From: Parvibaculum sp.
Lineage (GTDB): Bacteria; Pseudomonadota; Alphaproteobacteria; Parvibaculales; Parvibaculaceae
Direction: 5' to 3'
Assembly (NCBI GenBank): GCA_030645235.1
Contig: JAUSMV010000030.1
Coordinates: 1,296,988 to 1,360,987, forward strand
DNA: 64,000 nt
The position numbers and the translations under genes are program-made. The notes under the pieces were generated by a model. That model saw only the letters and a list, made by a program, of their open reading frames with translations, had not been told where the DNA came from and made no database searches. How positions within the stretch are numbered: the stretch's first letter is position 1; every line of letters begins with the position of its first letter. This document shows, piece by piece, positions 1 through 8,851 of this stretch.

Positions 1-34
1 GTAAGGTTCGCTTTGGCGAATTGGGAGCTAAACC

Positions 35-496
35 ATGGAGCTTGATGATCTGGTGTCGCCGGAGGGCGTGATCGCCCACCTGAAGGCCACCAGCAAAAAG
101 CAGACGTTGCAGGACATGGCGGCACGCGCAGGCGAGCTGACAGGCCTGTCTGAACGCGTGATCTATGAAACGCTGCTGGAACGCGAACGCCTCGGCTCGA
201 CAGGCGTTGGCCATGGCATTGCCATTCCGCATGGCAAGCTTGCGCAACTGACGCGGCTTCACGGGCTGTTTGCCCGTCTCGACACGCCGGTTGATTTTGA
301 AAGCGTGGATGACCAGCCGGTTGATCTGGTGTTTCTGTTGCTTGCTCCTGAAGGCGCGGGCGCGGACCACCTGAAGGCACTTGCCCGCATCTCACGTTTG
401 CTGCGTAACTCAACCGTCGTCGATAAGCTGCGGGCGAGTGATGATCCGGCCGCTTTGTTTGCGATCCTCACGGAGCCTGTCAGCAGCGCGGCGTAG
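35..496 (+). CDS. ptsN: PTS IIA-like nitrogen regulatory protein EIIA(Ntr)
   Basis: ERERLGSTGVGHGIAIPHGK phospho-His motif; C-terminal HLKALARISRLLR. Confidence 0.95.
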   Translation: MELDDLVSPEGVIAHLKATSKKQTLQDMAARAGELTGLSERVIYETLLERERLGSTGVGHGIAIPHGKLAQLTRLHGLFARLDTPVDFESVDDQPVDLVFLLLAPEGAGADHLKALARISRLLRNSTVVDKLRASDDPAALFAILTEPVSSAA

Positions 497-519
497 GCTC
501 CCTTACGCATCACGACATG

Positions 520-557
520 AAAAAGCCCCGATGGAAACATCGGGGCTTTTGTTTTTG
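520..557. terminator. Bidirectional intrinsic terminator between convergent ptsN and DUF1150
   Basis: Perfect hairpin AAAAGCCCCGATG-GAAA-CATCGGGGCTTTT with A and T tracts on either side. Confidence 0.9.
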
Positions 558-583
558 GGGGGAGGATTATCCGTCAGTGCACG

Positions 584-626
584 GACTCTATTCTTAGTGA
601 ACAGACTCTATTCTTAGTGAACAGAC
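584..626. repeat. Perfect 20-bp tandem duplication GACTCTATTCTTAGTGAACA x2 (plus GAC)
   Basis: Copies at 584-603 and 604-623; the second copy contains the DUF1150 stop codon. Confidence 0.95.
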
Positions 627-934
627 AGGGGTTCCAGCTCATACTGACGGGCGCCGGCGAAGGCGGCGTCGCGGTCATCAAGGACCGCCATGCGTTCGCC
701 ATTGGCGGCATGGACCGCATAGAGGATAGCGTCGGCGGGGACATCAATCTCGGCGGTGAACTGAGCGCCAAGCTCGTCAGCCAACTCGCCCGCACGCACG
801 GGGCGGATATAGACCACACCCGGCATGCCGATGCTGGCGAAGGTTTCCGCGCTCAGGTGGCGCAAATCAACCGCGCCCCAACCGGCAGCGATGCTCATGG
901 CTCTGTTTTTGTTATCGGCAATGGACTTATTCAT
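614..934 (-). CDS. DUF1150 family protein
   Basis: VVYIRPV ... LYAVHAANGERMAVLDDRDAAFAGARQYELEPLSVH pattern; usual position downstream of an alphaproteobacterial Hsp20. Confidence 0.8.
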   Translation of the reverse strand: MNKSIADNKNRAMSIAAGWGAVDLRHLSAETFASIGMPGVVYIRPVRAGELADELGAQFTAEIDVPADAILYAVHAANGERMAVLDDRDAAFAGARQYELEPLSVH

Positions 935-1055
935 TTTACTAACTTCCTTTCACCGGGCTCCAAAGATGGCCGCCCGCGACTGGTCTTTCACGCGGTCCCT
1001 GACGTTAGGCAACTCGCATCCGGACGTCTCACTTGCACTACATGTAAGCATCACG

Positions 1056-1487
1056 TCATTCCGTTTCAGCACCCTGAGTAATCTTTATTTTGCGGATGAG
1101 GTTTTTGGGCTCAGGCCGCGCGAGGTCGATGGCGAGAAGGCCGTTGTCGAGACGCGCGCCCAAAACTTCGATCCCGTCAGCAAGCACGAAAGCGCGGCTG
1201 AACTGACGCGCCGCAATGCCGCGATGGAGAAAGGTGCGTTCCGCGTCGTCGCTCTGGCGGCCGCGAATGACGAGCTGGTTTTCCTCGACCGTCACGGCAA
1301 GCTCGTCCATCGAGAAGCCGGCGACGGCCAGTGTGATGCGCAAGACTCGGGCACCCTCTGCGGTTTCCAAATCCTCGACATTGTAAGGCGGGTAGCCGTC
1401 CGCCCCTTTGGCGAGGCGCTCGATCAGGCGCTCCATATCGTCAAAGCCGAGAAGGAAGGGCGAATTGAATTGCAGCATGCGTGTCAT
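1056..1487 (-). CDS. ibpA: Small heat shock protein (Hsp20/IbpA family)
   Basis: FLLGFD, YPPYNVE, TLAVAGF, FLHRGIAARQFSRAFVLADGIEV, LDNGLL; start moved to ATG at 1487. Confidence 0.92.
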   Translation of the reverse strand: MTRMLQFNSPFLLGFDDMERLIERLAKGADGYPPYNVEDLETAEGARVLRITLAVAGFSMDELAVTVEENQLVIRGRQSDDAERTFLHRGIAARQFSRAFVLADGIEVLGARLDNGLLAIDLARPEPKNLIRKIKITQGAETE

Positions 1488-1504
1488 GGCGGGTCTCTGT
1501 AACT

Positions 1505-1523
1505 GATCCTGAGGCAAGCGACC
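1505..1523 (-). promoter_or_regulatory. ROSE-like RNA thermometer hairpin in the Hsp20 5' UTR
   Basis: GGUCGCU-UGCCUC-AGGAUC: UCGCU pairs with AGGA with a bulged G; the AGGA lies 19 nt from the AUG, farther than usual. Confidence 0.35.
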
Positions 1524-1559
1524 GGCGGGCGACCCTATCAGTGGCATCGTCCATAGATT

Positions 1560-1588
1560 ATGTGGGGACGCCCGCCCGCCCGCACAAG
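1560..1588 (-). promoter_or_regulatory. RpoH (sigma32)-type promoter of the Hsp20 gene
   Basis: Minus strand CTTG-N17-CCCCACAT, matching the CTTG-N17/18-CC(T)ATAT type consensus. Confidence 0.7.
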
Positions 1589-1635
1589 GAAGAGGGGAAA
1601 ACGAAGTTTCATATTATGGAGAACACTCAAATAAA

Positions 1636-1675
1636 AATGACGGGGGCGTCATTATTATTGATGACAGTAGCGTCA
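1636..1675. promoter_or_regulatory. Tandem TGAC-N6-GTCA palindromes upstream of CYP153 (candidate operator)
   Basis: TGACGGGGGCGTCA (1638-1651) and TGACAGTAGCGTCA (1662-1675), 24 bp apart. Confidence 0.5.
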
Positions 1676-1756
1676 GCGCGGGTCTAAGCTTGCTTTAACA
1701 AGAAACAATGACCGCTATGAAGCGGACCCTGCGCATTTGGTTGGAGGACCCCCGAG

Positions 1757-3073
1757 ATGAGTGAAGCCGTTATTCGTGAAGCACCCAGCATCGACATTAC
1801 CGTCACAGAACGCGTGGTCATGCCTTCGAGCGCCCCTTACGTCAAAGGCGAAGACCCCTATTCGATCCCGCTCGACAAGATGGACGTCGCTCAGCCGGAA
1901 ATCTGGCGCGACTATGCGATGATGCCTTACTTCGAACGTCTGCGTAAGGAAGATCCCGTCCATTACTGCCCGTCGAGCGAATGGGGTCCATATTGGTCGG
2001 TCACAAAATACAATGACATTATGGCGGTCGATACGAACCATCAGGTGTTCTCGTCGGACGCACATCTCGGCGGCATCACGCTCGGCCAGCCCGACAACGA
2101 TTTCATTCTGCCGATGTTCATTGCGATGGATCCGCCCAAGCATGATGCGCAACGCAAAGTGGTGAGCCCCATCGTTGCGCCTGCGAACCTTGCCAAACTC
2201 GAAGGCACGATCCGTGAACGCGTCATCAAACTCGTTGATGAAATGCCGGTGGGAGAAGCGTTTGACTGGGTTGATCACATCTCGATCGAACTGACGACGC
2301 AGATGCTCGCCACGCTGTTCGATTTCCCCTGGGAAGATCGTCGCAAACTCACACGTTGGTCGGACGTGGCCACTGCGCGGCCTGACAGCGGCATCATTGA
2401 ATCAGAAGAAGCCCGCCGCGCTGAACTCCTCGAATGTCTCGCCTATTTCACCGATCTGTGGAACCAGCGCGTCAACGCAAAGGAGCCCAACGGCGATCTC
2501 ATCTCAATGCTGGCGCATGGTGAATCGACGCGCAATATGGACCAGATGGAATATCTCGGTAACATCATTCTGCTGATCGTTGGCGGCAATGATACGACGC
2601 GCAATTCGATCACGGGCGGCCTTCTCGCGCTCAACGAAAATCCCGCCGAGTACGACAAGCTGCGCGCCGACCACAGCCTGATCCCGAATATGGTCTCGGA
2701 AATCATCCGCTGGCAGACGCCGCTCGCCCATATGCGTCGCACGGCACTGTCCGACTATGAGCTTGGCGGCAAGCTGATCAAAAAGGGCGATCAGGTTGCC
2801 ATGTGGTATGTGTCGGGCAACCGCGACGATGAAGTGATTGCCAATGCCAATCAGTTCATCATCGACCGCGAACGGGCACGTCAGCATCTCTCCTTCGGCT
2901 TCGGCATTCATCGCTGCGTCGGTAATCGCCTCGCTGAAATGCAACTGAAGATCGTGTGGGAAGAGCTGATGAAGCGCCATCCCCGCATCGAAGTGGTCGA
3001 AGCGCCGACACGCATCCTGTCAAGCTTTGTGAAGGGCTATGAAAAGATGATGGTGAAGATTCCGGCGAAGTAA
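1757..3073 (+). CDS. Cytochrome P450, CYP153 family (alkane omega-hydroxylase-like)
   Basis: FIAMDPPKHD, LLIVGGNDTTRNS I-helix, EIIRWQTP, FGFGIHRCVG heme Cys; SD GGAGG. Confidence 0.92.
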   Translation: MSEAVIREAPSIDITVTERVVMPSSAPYVKGEDPYSIPLDKMDVAQPEIWRDYAMMPYFERLRKEDPVHYCPSSEWGPYWSVTKYNDIMAVDTNHQVFSSDAHLGGITLGQPDNDFILPMFIAMDPPKHDAQRKVVSPIVAPANLAKLEGTIRERVIKLVDEMPVGEAFDWVDHISIELTTQMLATLFDFPWEDRRKLTRWSDVATARPDSGIIESEEARRAELLECLAYFTDLWNQRVNAKEPNGDLISMLAHGESTRNMDQMEYLGNIILLIVGGNDTTRNSITGGLLALNENPAEYDKLRADHSLIPNMVSEIIRWQTPLAHMRRTALSDYELGGKLIKKGDQVAMWYVSGNRDDEVIANANQFIIDRERARQHLSFGFGIHRCVGNRLAEMQLKIVWEELMKRHPRIEVVEAPTRILSSFVKGYEKMMVKIPAK

Positions 3074-3116
3074 GGAAGAGCGTCTCTACCCTCTCCTCAA
3101 GGGCAGAAAAGATAAG

Positions 3117-3150
3117 AAGCCGGAACTTTTGTTCCGGCTTTTTTGTTTTT
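3117..3150 (+). terminator. Intrinsic terminator after CYP153
   Basis: AAGCCGGAAC-TTTT-GTTCCGGCTT followed by a T tract. Confidence 0.85.
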
Positions 3151-3179
3151 CGGGCATGCTCGCGCAAGGGAGATATTCG

Positions 3180-4277
3180 ATGACAGACAATCAAGACGAC
3201 GTGCTCGACGCCATTATGGCGGTGGTACCGCAACTGCTGGAGGCGCTTGAAGGGCTGCATTTCATCGCCCGCCATTTGCACCCGCCGCGGCTTGAGGAAT
3301 TGCTGCAGAAATTCGGCGAAGGTGACTTGCCGGTGCGGTTGGGGCTTGAGGCTTTCAATGCGATCGACTGGCCTGACGATCTGAAACCCTTTGCAGCGCA
3401 GGTAAACCTTGTCGCCACTGAAGTACTCACCGCCTACGAAGAGTTGCGCGGGGCGGAGACGGAGGCGAACCCGATTGTCGGCGCTTACCGCGCGTTGCGC
3501 CATGTGAGCCGCGCGGCGGAGGCGCTTTATCCGATTTCGGCAATGCTGCCGCCGGTCAGTCCTTTCTTTCTGGAGCCACAGGCACGCGGCGACAAGGCCC
3601 TCGCCGCACGGCTTGCTGCCGCCGACATGGGGCGCGAGGATGCGGGCCTGCGCCACCTCAGCAATGACAAACAGGAACGCGGCGGGTTTTCGATTTATGT
3701 GCCGGAAACCTATGACGCGGCGGTGCCCTGCCCGCTCATCATCGCCATGCATGGCGGCAGCGGGCACGGGCGCGACATGCTGTGGACATGGATCGCGAGC
3801 GCGCGGACACGCGGCGCGATTTTGCTGTCGCCAACCTCCATCGGTCCGACATGGTCGCTGATGGAGCCGGAACTCGACCATCAAAACCTGATGCGCATGA
3901 TTGAATATGTGAAAGAGAACTGGTCCGTTGACGGAGAGCATATCCTGCTCACCGGCATGTCGGACGGGGGGACGTTTACTTATGTGCTCGGGTTACAATC
4001 GGGTGCGCCGTTTACGCATTTGGCGCCTATTGCTGCGAGTTTCCATCCGTTTCTCATCGAAATGGCCGACCCTGCGCGCGTGAAAGATCTGCCCGTCTAT
4101 ATCACGCACGGGGCACTGGACTGGATGTTTGACAAGGAGATGGGGCGCGTGGCGAACCGCGCGATGACGGGTGCCGGTGCGCGCGTTGTCTATCGCGAGA
4201 TTGCTGACCTGTCGCATACCTATCCGCGCGATGAAAACCCGCACATAATGGATTGGTTTTTGGGAGAAAGAAAATAG
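3180..4277 (+). CDS. Phospholipase/carboxylesterase-type alpha/beta hydrolase with an N-terminal helical extension
   Basis: AMHGGSG, GMSDG nucleophile elbow, HGALD, LSHTY; start at ATG 3180 with SD GGGAGA. Confidence 0.8.
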   Translation: MTDNQDDVLDAIMAVVPQLLEALEGLHFIARHLHPPRLEELLQKFGEGDLPVRLGLEAFNAIDWPDDLKPFAAQVNLVATEVLTAYEELRGAETEANPIVGAYRALRHVSRAAEALYPISAMLPPVSPFFLEPQARGDKALAARLAAADMGREDAGLRHLSNDKQERGGFSIYVPETYDAAVPCPLIIAMHGGSGHGRDMLWTWIASARTRGAILLSPTSIGPTWSLMEPELDHQNLMRMIEYVKENWSVDGEHILLTGMSDGGTFTYVLGLQSGAPFTHLAPIAASFHPFLIEMADPARVKDLPVYITHGALDWMFDKEMGRVANRAMTGAGARVVYREIADLSHTYPRDENPHIMDWFLGERK

Positions 4278-5005
4278 TGATCGAGAAAATCATCGACATC
4301 AAAACGGATGCGGGCGCTTGCCCCACATTCACCGTTGCACCGGGCGATGGCGCTTATCCGCCGGTCATTATCTATATGGATGCGCCGGGCATCCGCGAGG
4401 AGCTTTATGATTTCGCGCGGCGCATTGCAGGCGAGGGATATTTTGTGCTGCTGCCGGATATGTACTACCGGCTTGGCACCAAGCGGTTTGATATGTCGAA
4501 GGGCGATCCTGAATTTGCCCGCATGTTTGAGGCCATGTCCTCGCTCACCAATGCACTGGTGATTGAGGATACGAAGGGTTTGCTTGCATTCCTGAAATCC
4601 TATCCGAGCGCGAAGGCGGGTCCGCGCGGATGCATCGGCTATTGCATGTCGGGGCAATATATCGTTTCGGTCGCCGGTGCTTTTCCCAATGACTTTGCCG
4701 CAACTGCCTCGCTATACGGCGTCGGCATTGTGACGGACAAGCCAGACAGTCCACATCTCCTCGCGCCCAAAATCAAGGGTGAGCTTTATTTAGGCTTTGC
4801 CGAGAAGGATAAATGGGTGCCGGACAATGTGATCCCTGATCTCAAGGCGGCACTCGACAAAAACGGCGTGACCTACAAGCTCGATATCTGGCCGGGCACC
4901 GACCACGGCTTTTGTTTTCCGCAGCGTCCGGCTTATGTGAAAGAGGCGGCGGAATCTGTGTGGAAGATCGTCTTCGACATGTACAAGCGCCGCTTAAAGC
5001 CCTGA
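4277..5005 (+). CDS. Dienelactone hydrolase family protein
   Basis: GYCMSG nucleophile Cys, FAEKD, GTDHGF; GTG start overlaps the upstream stop. Confidence 0.88.
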   Translation: MIEKIIDIKTDAGACPTFTVAPGDGAYPPVIIYMDAPGIREELYDFARRIAGEGYFVLLPDMYYRLGTKRFDMSKGDPEFARMFEAMSSLTNALVIEDTKGLLAFLKSYPSAKAGPRGCIGYCMSGQYIVSVAGAFPNDFAATASLYGVGIVTDKPDSPHLLAPKIKGELYLGFAEKDKWVPDNVIPDLKAALDKNGVTYKLDIWPGTDHGFCFPQRPAYVKEAAESVWKIVFDMYKRRLKP

Positions 5006-5070
5006 CAGGTGAGGCAACCGGATGCACCCCAAAAAGGGGCGGTTCACTTTTAAGTCATCAGGAATACGAA

Positions 5071-5556
5071 TTGAGCGTCATAACTCCGTTTTCACTATTC
5101 CGGTCATTTGTCCTCAGATCGGTCTCTCTGTCCGGCCTCGGTATGACGGCTTTGTTCCTCCTTGCTTATTCTTCTGCGCTGCCAATCTCTTTGCGCATTT
5201 CGGGAGTCTTCTATGTCAGCGTCTCGATAGGTGTTCTTGTCGTCACCCGACTAATGTTGAAGTGGTTCCGAACGCAGCAGAAGATGCTGCATGTGACGAC
5301 GTGGAATGACGCTGCGCTATTCTATTTCATCTTCATTCCGTCTTTCTCGTGGATGTTCATCTGCGGCTACAGCTTCGACAGTTTTTTTGTAGCGGGAAGT
5401 TTTGCGACCAAATTACTGGTCGTCCTTTTGATGGGGGCATCAATTTCCGGTGCTGCGACAACCATTTTTGTCGTGATGCATGAGCTTAGATTGTTCAGAT
5501 TTGGCGAGGGTGTCGGGACAGCGCCAGCGCCCGACGATCTGGACCACATGGGCTAA
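5071..5556 (+). CDS. Hypothetical multi-pass membrane protein (orphan-like, AT-richer)
   Basis: About four hydrophobic segments; TTG start with AGGA upstream; no recognisable motif. Confidence 0.5.
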   Translation: MSVITPFSLFRSFVLRSVSLSGLGMTALFLLAYSSALPISLRISGVFYVSVSIGVLVVTRLMLKWFRTQQKMLHVTTWNDAALFYFIFIPSFSWMFICGYSFDSFFVAGSFATKLLVVLLMGASISGAATTIFVVMHELRLFRFGEGVGTAPAPDDLDHMG

Positions 5557-5639
5557 GGAACCTTCGTTTTCCCCCGCGTCCGGCTTATGCGAAGGATACC
5601 TGAACCCCAAGCTGCCAAAACGCACCCTAATTATTTTGT

Positions 5640-5670
5640 GCCCGCACTCTTTTGTGCGGGCCCTTTTCCT
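5640..5670 (+). terminator. Hairpin/terminator after the orphan ORF
   Basis: GCCCGCAC-TCTTTT-GTGCGGGC followed by CCTTTT. Confidence 0.5.
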
Positions 5671-5738
5671 AGTCTTATAGGTGACGGGAGAGACCTCTTA
5701 AGAGGCACAATGAGACATCCACGATCTGGGAGGATCAC

Positions 5739-7352
5739 ATGGCGTCGTCAGCAAATGGTCAGGACTTTGATGCGGTGATTGTCGGCGCGGGCTTTGCCGG
5801 CATGTATATGCTGCACAAGCTGCGTCAGGCGGGGCTCAGCGCGCGCGTCTTTGAGGCGGGCGACGGCGTTGGCGGCACATGGTATTGGAACCGCTATCCA
5901 GGCGCTCGTTGCGATGTTGAAAGCCTCGAATATCAATACGGGTTTTCGGACGAGATCCAGAAGGGCTGGACATGGAGCGAGCGCTATTCAGCCCAACCTG
6001 AAATTTTGCGCTATCAGAATTATGTCGCCGATAAGCTTGACCTCAAACGCGACATTCAGTTTTCGACGCGGGTGACATCGGCGACCTATGACGAACCTAA
6101 CGCGCTCTGGACGATCACTACAGATAAAGGCAACACGGTTCATGCGCGCTTCTGCATCATGGCAACCGGGTGCCTCAGTGCCGCGCGGGTACCGGATTTT
6201 GAGGGCATCGATGATTTTACCGGCGACTGGTATCACACCGGTGACTGGCCGCATGAGGGCGTCGATTTCACCGGTAAGCGCGTCGGCGTGATCGGCACGG
6301 GCTCGTCGGGCGTACAATCGATCCCGCTGATCGCGGCGCAGGCTAAGCACGTGACCGTGTTTCAGCGTACCGCCAATTTCACCCTGCCCGCTTGCAACCG
6401 GCCACTCGACCCGGCGGTGGCCGCAGCCTCCAAGCAGACATTGCTCGAAGACCGCAAACATGCGCTAACGACAGCGGGCGGCATCATCTGTTTTGAATAT
6501 AATGAACGGCTCGCCGAAGACTTCACCGAGGCGGAAGTGGAAGCCGAAATGAAGGCGCGCTGGGAAGCCGGCGGGTTCGCATTTCTGGGCGCCTTCGGCG
6601 ACGTGATGCTGACCAAGAGCGCCAATGACAAGGCGGCCGACTTTGCCCGCCGCGAGATGCGCAAGCATATTAAGAAACCCGAAGTGGTCGATCTGCTACT
6701 GCCGAACGATCATCCTATCGGGGTCAAGCGGCTTTGTCTCGATACGGATTATCTCGAAACCTTCAACGCGCCCCATGTCGAACTCGTCAATGCGCGCGCG
6801 ACGCCGGTGTCGCGGATCAGCGCCGATGGCATTGTCTGCGGCGACAAGGAATACAAGGTCGATGCCATTGTCTTTGCGACAGGCTTTGACGCGATGACCG
6901 GCGCGATCCTCGGCGTCAATATTACAGGGCGCAAAGGCGAGAAGCTGAAAGACAAATGGGCGGCGGGACCGCGCACTTATCTGGGCCTTGGCTCGGCCGG
7001 ATTTCCCAATCTCTTTTTCATCACCGGACCCGGAAGCCCGTCGGTTCTCAGCAATATGATTGTTTCGATCGAGCAACATGTCGATTGGATCACCGACTGC
7101 CTCTCACGTCTCACGAAGGGTAATCTACGCGTCATCGAGGTGAAGCCCGACGCAGAAGATACGTGGGTCGCGCATGTGAACGAGCTTGCTGCCACCACAC
7201 TCTATCCGCAGGCAAACTCGTGGTATATGGGCGCAAATATTCCCGGCAAACCTCAGGTCTTCATGCCTTATCCCGGCGGCGTCGGCGTCTATGGCGAAAA
7301 GCTCGCCGAAGTCGCCAATGCCGATTACGATGGATTTGCGCTCGGTGCCTGA
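5739..7352 (+). CDS. Type I Baeyer-Villiger monooxygenase (cyclohexanone/phenylacetone monooxygenase-like)
   Basis: GAGFAG, GGTWYWNRYPGARCD, FTGDWYHTGDWP fingerprint, GTGSSG, catalytic KR. Confidence 0.95.
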   Translation: MASSANGQDFDAVIVGAGFAGMYMLHKLRQAGLSARVFEAGDGVGGTWYWNRYPGARCDVESLEYQYGFSDEIQKGWTWSERYSAQPEILRYQNYVADKLDLKRDIQFSTRVTSATYDEPNALWTITTDKGNTVHARFCIMATGCLSAARVPDFEGIDDFTGDWYHTGDWPHEGVDFTGKRVGVIGTGSSGVQSIPLIAAQAKHVTVFQRTANFTLPACNRPLDPAVAAASKQTLLEDRKHALTTAGGIICFEYNERLAEDFTEAEVEAEMKARWEAGGFAFLGAFGDVMLTKSANDKAADFARREMRKHIKKPEVVDLLLPNDHPIGVKRLCLDTDYLETFNAPHVELVNARATPVSRISADGIVCGDKEYKVDAIVFATGFDAMTGAILGVNITGRKGEKLKDKWAAGPRTYLGLGSAGFPNLFFITGPGSPSVLSNMIVSIEQHVDWITDCLSRLTKGNLRVIEVKPDAEDTWVAHVNELAATTLYPQANSWYMGANIPGKPQVFMPYPGGVGVYGEKLAEVANADYDGFALGA

Positions 7353-7354
7353 CG

Positions 7355-8131
7355 CTAGCGGGCGGCAGGCAAAATGAAGCCTGCGCGTTTGAACGTCTCT
7401 TTGGCTTTGTCCTGCGTGAGATAATTCATGAAGGCGACAGCGTCCTTGCCTGCCCTGGTTGTGAGCGCCACAGGATAAACGACTGGCTGGTGCGAGCTTT
7501 CCGGGAAGGTGTCCACAATACGAACCTTCGGCTCGGCGCGGGCGTCTGTCTCATAAACGATGCCCAAAGGTGCTTCGTCCCGCGCGACATAAGAGAGCGC
7601 CACACGCACATTTTCAGATTGAACAAGTTTGCCCTCAACACCTGTCCAGATATTCAGCGTGGTCAGCGCCTCTTTGGCATAGCGGCCAGCGGGCACGGAG
7701 GACGGATCGGCAATGGCAAGGCGACCGTCACCCAGCGCATCCGCCAGTGAGGCATCTTTTGCGATGGTAAACGCGACGCCTGAACTTTTTGGAGCGATGA
7801 GGACAAGGCGGTTCATCGCTAATATGTGGCGGCTTGCCAAATCAATGAGATGCCGCTCGCTCAGATAATCCATCCATTGTTCATCGGCGGAGAAGACCAT
7901 TTGCGCAGGCGCGCCTGCCTCGATCTGACGGGCAATCGCTGAGGAGGCAGCAAAGGAGAATGTGACCCCTTTACCCGTATCGGCTTCATAGTCCGCACCG
8001 ACTTTGCTCAACACATCTGTAAGCGAGGCGGCGGCATAGGCCAGCAGGCGAGGCTCTTCGGCGCGGGCGGGCGCGAAGGCCGATGCGAGAACAAAAATCC
8101 CTAAAAGCGCTCCATAAAATTTACGCATCAT
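7355..8131 (-). CDS. modA: Molybdate ABC transporter substrate-binding protein
   Basis: Signal peptide; AAASL, FAASSAIARQIEAGAP, ADPSSVPAGRYA, ENVRVAL, VYETDA. Confidence 0.92.
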   Translation of the reverse strand: MMRKFYGALLGIFVLASAFAPARAEEPRLLAYAAASLTDVLSKVGADYEADTGKGVTFSFAASSAIARQIEAGAPAQMVFSADEQWMDYLSERHLIDLASRHILAMNRLVLIAPKSSGVAFTIAKDASLADALGDGRLAIADPSSVPAGRYAKEALTTLNIWTGVEGKLVQSENVRVALSYVARDEAPLGIVYETDARAEPKVRIVDTFPESSHQPVVYPVALTTRAGKDAVAFMNYLTQDKAKETFKRAGFILPAAR

Positions 8132-8209
8132 GCCTCGCCTTTCCTGCTCAGATCGCGGAGAATGGCACAAAAACAAGCACCACAATACTGAACAGGGGCA
8201 GGCCTTTCC

Positions 8210-8839
8210 ATGACGATCAAACTCTATCATTGCCAAGGCGCGCGCTCGGTTCGTCCGCTCTGGACGCTCGAAGAAATGGGCCTTTCATATGAGCTTGAAA
8301 GCATGCGCTTTCCGCCCCGTATGTTTCGCGAAGGCTATCTCGATATCAACCCTCTCGGCACCGTACCGACTTTAGTCGACAAGAGAGGGGGAGGCGACCA
8401 CGACGTGGTGATGACCGAGTCCGCCGGCATTTGCCAGTATCTCGTCGATTGCCACGGGCCGAGTGAGCTTGCGCTAACGCCAAAGGACAAGGACTACGGC
8501 GCCTATCTCAACTGGCTGCACCGCTCAGATGCGACGCTAACCTTTCCACAGACGATTGTGCTGCGTTACACGCGGCTGGAACCCAAAGAGCGGCGCCTGC
8601 AGCAGGCGGCCGATGATTACACGCAATGGTTTTTTGCCCGTCTGCGCAGTGTGGAGCAGGCCGTGAGCGACAATGAATATCTCTGCGCGGGGCGCTTCAC
8701 CATTGCTGATATCGCGGTGGGTTATGCACTTTATCTTGCATCGACGCTTGGCTTTCGAGAAAAATTCAAGCCCAATACGGAAGCCTATTTGCAGCGGCTG
8801 GAAGCGCGTCCTGCTTACCAACGCGCAATTACGCTCTAA
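8210..8839 (+). CDS. Glutathione S-transferase family protein
   Basis: ARSVRPLWTLEE, INPLGTVPTL, ESAGI, FTIADI. Confidence 0.9.
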   Translation: MTIKLYHCQGARSVRPLWTLEEMGLSYELESMRFPPRMFREGYLDINPLGTVPTLVDKRGGGDHDVVMTESAGICQYLVDCHGPSELALTPKDKDYGAYLNWLHRSDATLTFPQTIVLRYTRLEPKERRLQQAADDYTQWFFARLRSVEQAVSDNEYLCAGRFTIADIAVGYALYLASTLGFREKFKPNTEAYLQRLEARPAYQRAITL

Positions 8840-8851
8840 GCGGAGTTGAGA

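Noticed and set aside
584-626. 20-bp repeat as a CRISPR array
   Set aside because: There are only two adjacent copies, with no spacer and no cas genes.
825-1502. 225-aa plus-strand ORF
   Set aside because: Antisense shadow of Hsp20 and DUF1150.
2859-3941. 360-aa minus-strand ORF
   Set aside because: Antisense shadow of CYP153 and the esterase, with no motifs.
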